Positions 26,922 to 28,559 of a DNA stretch of 28,559 bases are shown here, in pieces; position 1 is the stretch's first letter, and the number at the start of each line of letters is the position of its first letter. Origin of the DNA: a virus (lineage: Duplodnaviria > Caudoviricetes); the IMG/VR virus record IMGVR_UViG_3300005512_000247, positions 1 through 28,559 of that record, one strand, 5' to 3'. The position numbers and the translations under genes are program-made. The notes under the pieces were generated by a model. It worked only from the letters and a program-made list of their open reading frames with translations. It did no database searches and had not been told where the DNA came from.

Positions 26922-28501
26922 TATGCTGAAAACCTTTCATCCGGTGTTTCTCTGTCTGTGAGATCAGGTGTAGCAAAATTTCTTCTGATGTTTTCATGCT
27001 CTGCATAGGGTTCTTGGGTTGGCACCCGTTTCATGATTGACTTTTTGTCTTTGTTGACTCCTTCATTGTCATAGGTTGTAAGGTCCTGCACTGTGGTTGC
27101 ACTGACATGTGTTTTTTCAACCTTGCCAACAGTATTCATGTGTATTTCACTGCCTGTATTAACCAAGAAATCATTGTCAGCATAAATTGCCACATCCAGA
27201 AGTGCTTCAATTTTACCGTTGGCCATTGCAAACAGTTTGTAGTCATTGACTGCTTTTTGATTGATGTCGTTGCCTGCATGCATCTCAATGTCACTTGATG
27301 CATTCACATGCACTCTGCCTGTGGTGGCCGATTCTGTTGAGTTGACCAAAGATCCTGTGGCGTTTTGTCCTGTGGCTTTGATGTTGACATTCCTGCCTGC
27401 TTCAATGTTGACATCACGTTCTGCTCTGAGATTAAAATCATTATCTGTGTGAACACTGACAGAATCTTTGGCATAAATGTCAATCTTACCATCCTTGGAA
27501 AATTCAATCCATGCAGTGCCGTCATTGTTGATAATATATGCAAGACCTTCTGTGTTGTGCAACAATAGCTGTGCTCCTGAACGTGTCCGCAAACGGATCA
27601 ACTCATTTTGAATTTCTGTGGCATTGGTCGATCCTTCTCTCAGCACAGGTGTGCCGTCATCCATCACAAATGTGTTGCCGCCCAGTCTTGAATGAGCAAC
27701 TTTGGTGAAATCAAATTCGTCTCCTGAATCACCATATATCTTGCCATGTCTGTTGATAGATTCTCGTTTGGCAGTTTGTTGTCCTTCAAAGTCAATAGGG
27801 CCAGGTGTGGATATGCCAAACACCTGTGATGGTGTTTCTCGCCTTGCTGATGAAGTGGTTGTGCCACGTATGGCATCTTTGGCTAAACCTTGTGCAATCA
27901 GTGTGTCTGTGTGTGGAGCATGCACTGGTCTCACTGTGAATGCCACATCGTCTCTGGCTTTTTGATTTATTCTTGCGACATTTTCAGATTCTGCTTTTCG
28001 CTGTGCTTCTGCCACAGGTGCTTCTGTGAGTCCTTCTGTGCCATAGTATTTGCTGTTCTGCTCTGCGTTGCCCACAAACTTGTTGGGTTTGCTGACACCA
28101 ATGCCTGGTGTCATGTGATTCATGTAGTCTTCAAACACACAGCCAATCCAAAATGCTTCGTTGGGATTGCCGTTGGCAAACATCACCAACACTTTGGTGT
28201 CAATGTCTGGCGGTACCATCCAAAAGCCATATGACTTTTGTGTGTTGGCAAATTCTCTGTCACCTGACGTGGTGTCTCTCAGTGGTGTTTGGCCTGCAAA
28301 TGGTGAACAGTATGAACAAGGCACTGTGTGAGCACTGGGGTTCTTGTCGTCATATGTGCCATGCAGGTCAGGAATATGCACAAACAGTCTGCCCATCCTG
28401 TTGACGTCTGTGGGATTTTTCACATACCCCACATATGGTCCAGGATTCTGCTTGATGGCCTGTTCAAATTCTGTGTATTTTTTGGTTCTATTCTCTGCCA
28501 T
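26921..28501 (-). CDS. gp5: Baseplate central spike/hub, gp5/VgrG-like
   Basis: N-terminal OB-fold (DVNRMGRLFVHIP...SYGFWMVPPDIDTKVLVMFANG...FWIGC), LIRLRTRSGAQLL...WIEFSKDGKIDIYA and 8-residue beta-helix repeats; followed by PAAR and gp25. Confidence 0.88.
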   Translation of the reverse strand: MAENRTKKYTEFEQAIKQNPGPYVGYVKNPTDVNRMGRLFVHIPDLHGTYDDKNPSAHTVPCSYCSPFAGQTPLRDTTSGDREFANTQKSYGFWMVPPDIDTKVLVMFANGNPNEAFWIGCVFEDYMNHMTPGIGVSKPNKFVGNAEQNSKYYGTEGLTEAPVAEAQRKAESENVARINQKARDDVAFTVRPVHAPHTDTLIAQGLAKDAIRGTTTSSARRETPSQVFGISTPGPIDFEGQQTAKRESINRHGKIYGDSGDEFDFTKVAHSRLGGNTFVMDDGTPVLREGSTNATEIQNELIRLRTRSGAQLLLHNTEGLAYIINNDGTAWIEFSKDGKIDIYAKDSVSVHTDNDFNLRAERDVNIEAGRNVNIKATGQNATGSLVNSTESATTGRVHVNASSDIEMHAGNDINQKAVNDYKLFAMANGKIEALLDVAIYADNDFLVNTGSEIHMNTVGKVEKTHVSATTVQDLTTYDNEGVNKDKKSIMKRVPTQEPYAEHENIRRNFATPDLTDRETPDERFSA

Positions 28502-28559
28502 TAGTCTCTGTAAAATCCTCTAGCTTCAAGAGCTTTGTTGTTGGGGTTTGGTTCTACAT
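28501..28559 (-). CDS. 3' end of an upstream gene (partial)
   Basis: Frame reads ...VEPNPNNKALEARGFYRD* with its TAA (28503-28501) overlapping the gp5 ATG. Confidence 0.6.
   Translation of the reverse strand, partial: VEPNPNNKALEARGFYRD

Noticed and set aside
223-28404. Numerous 60-150 aa antisense or alternate-frame ORFs in the track
   Set aside because: All are nested in long genes and lack motifs. TpA depletion removes TAA/TAG stops on the other frames, which explains their abundance.
22672-28501. T6SS or extracellular contractile injection system (VgrG, PAAR, gp25)
   Set aside because: T4-like late promoters, phage-type gp6, giant wedge and fibre genes, and no Tss membrane-complex or Afp ATPase genes point to a myovirus tail.
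1-28559. Stop-codon reassignment (no accepted gene ends in TAG)
   Set aside because: Genes are intact and tightly packed under the standard code, so no readthrough is needed; few genes and TAA preference suffice.

Overview
Virion-morphogenesis region of a large T4-superfamily (jumbo-type) myovirus, almost all on the minus strand. Gene order from right to left: 3' end of an upstream gene, gp5-like spike/hub without an evident lysozyme domain, PAAR tip, gp25-like wedge, gp6-like wedge, a 4268-aa multidomain baseplate protein, a single plus-strand Mtd_N fibre gene, a 217-aa structural protein, three paralogous fibre genes interrupted by a 2OG-Fe(II) oxygenase and a small ORF, a 329-aa virion protein, a 91-aa ORF and a truncated DxD glycosyltransferase-like gene missed by the ORF track. 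Main observations: (1) D-S-[S/T/A] tripeptides are enriched in the outer virion proteins and absent from gp5/gp6, next to a glycosyltransferase and an oxygenase, suggesting a phage-encoded virion-modification system (hypothesis); (2) an apparently bipartite late promoter, AAC-N20-22-TAAATA, sits mostly 5-7 nt from start codons, implying near-leaderless mRNAs; (3) fibre genes are module mosaics, and TpA-rich patches in a TpA-poor background mark probable recent exchanges. Family calls come from motif recognition by eye and counts are manual; no searches were run.
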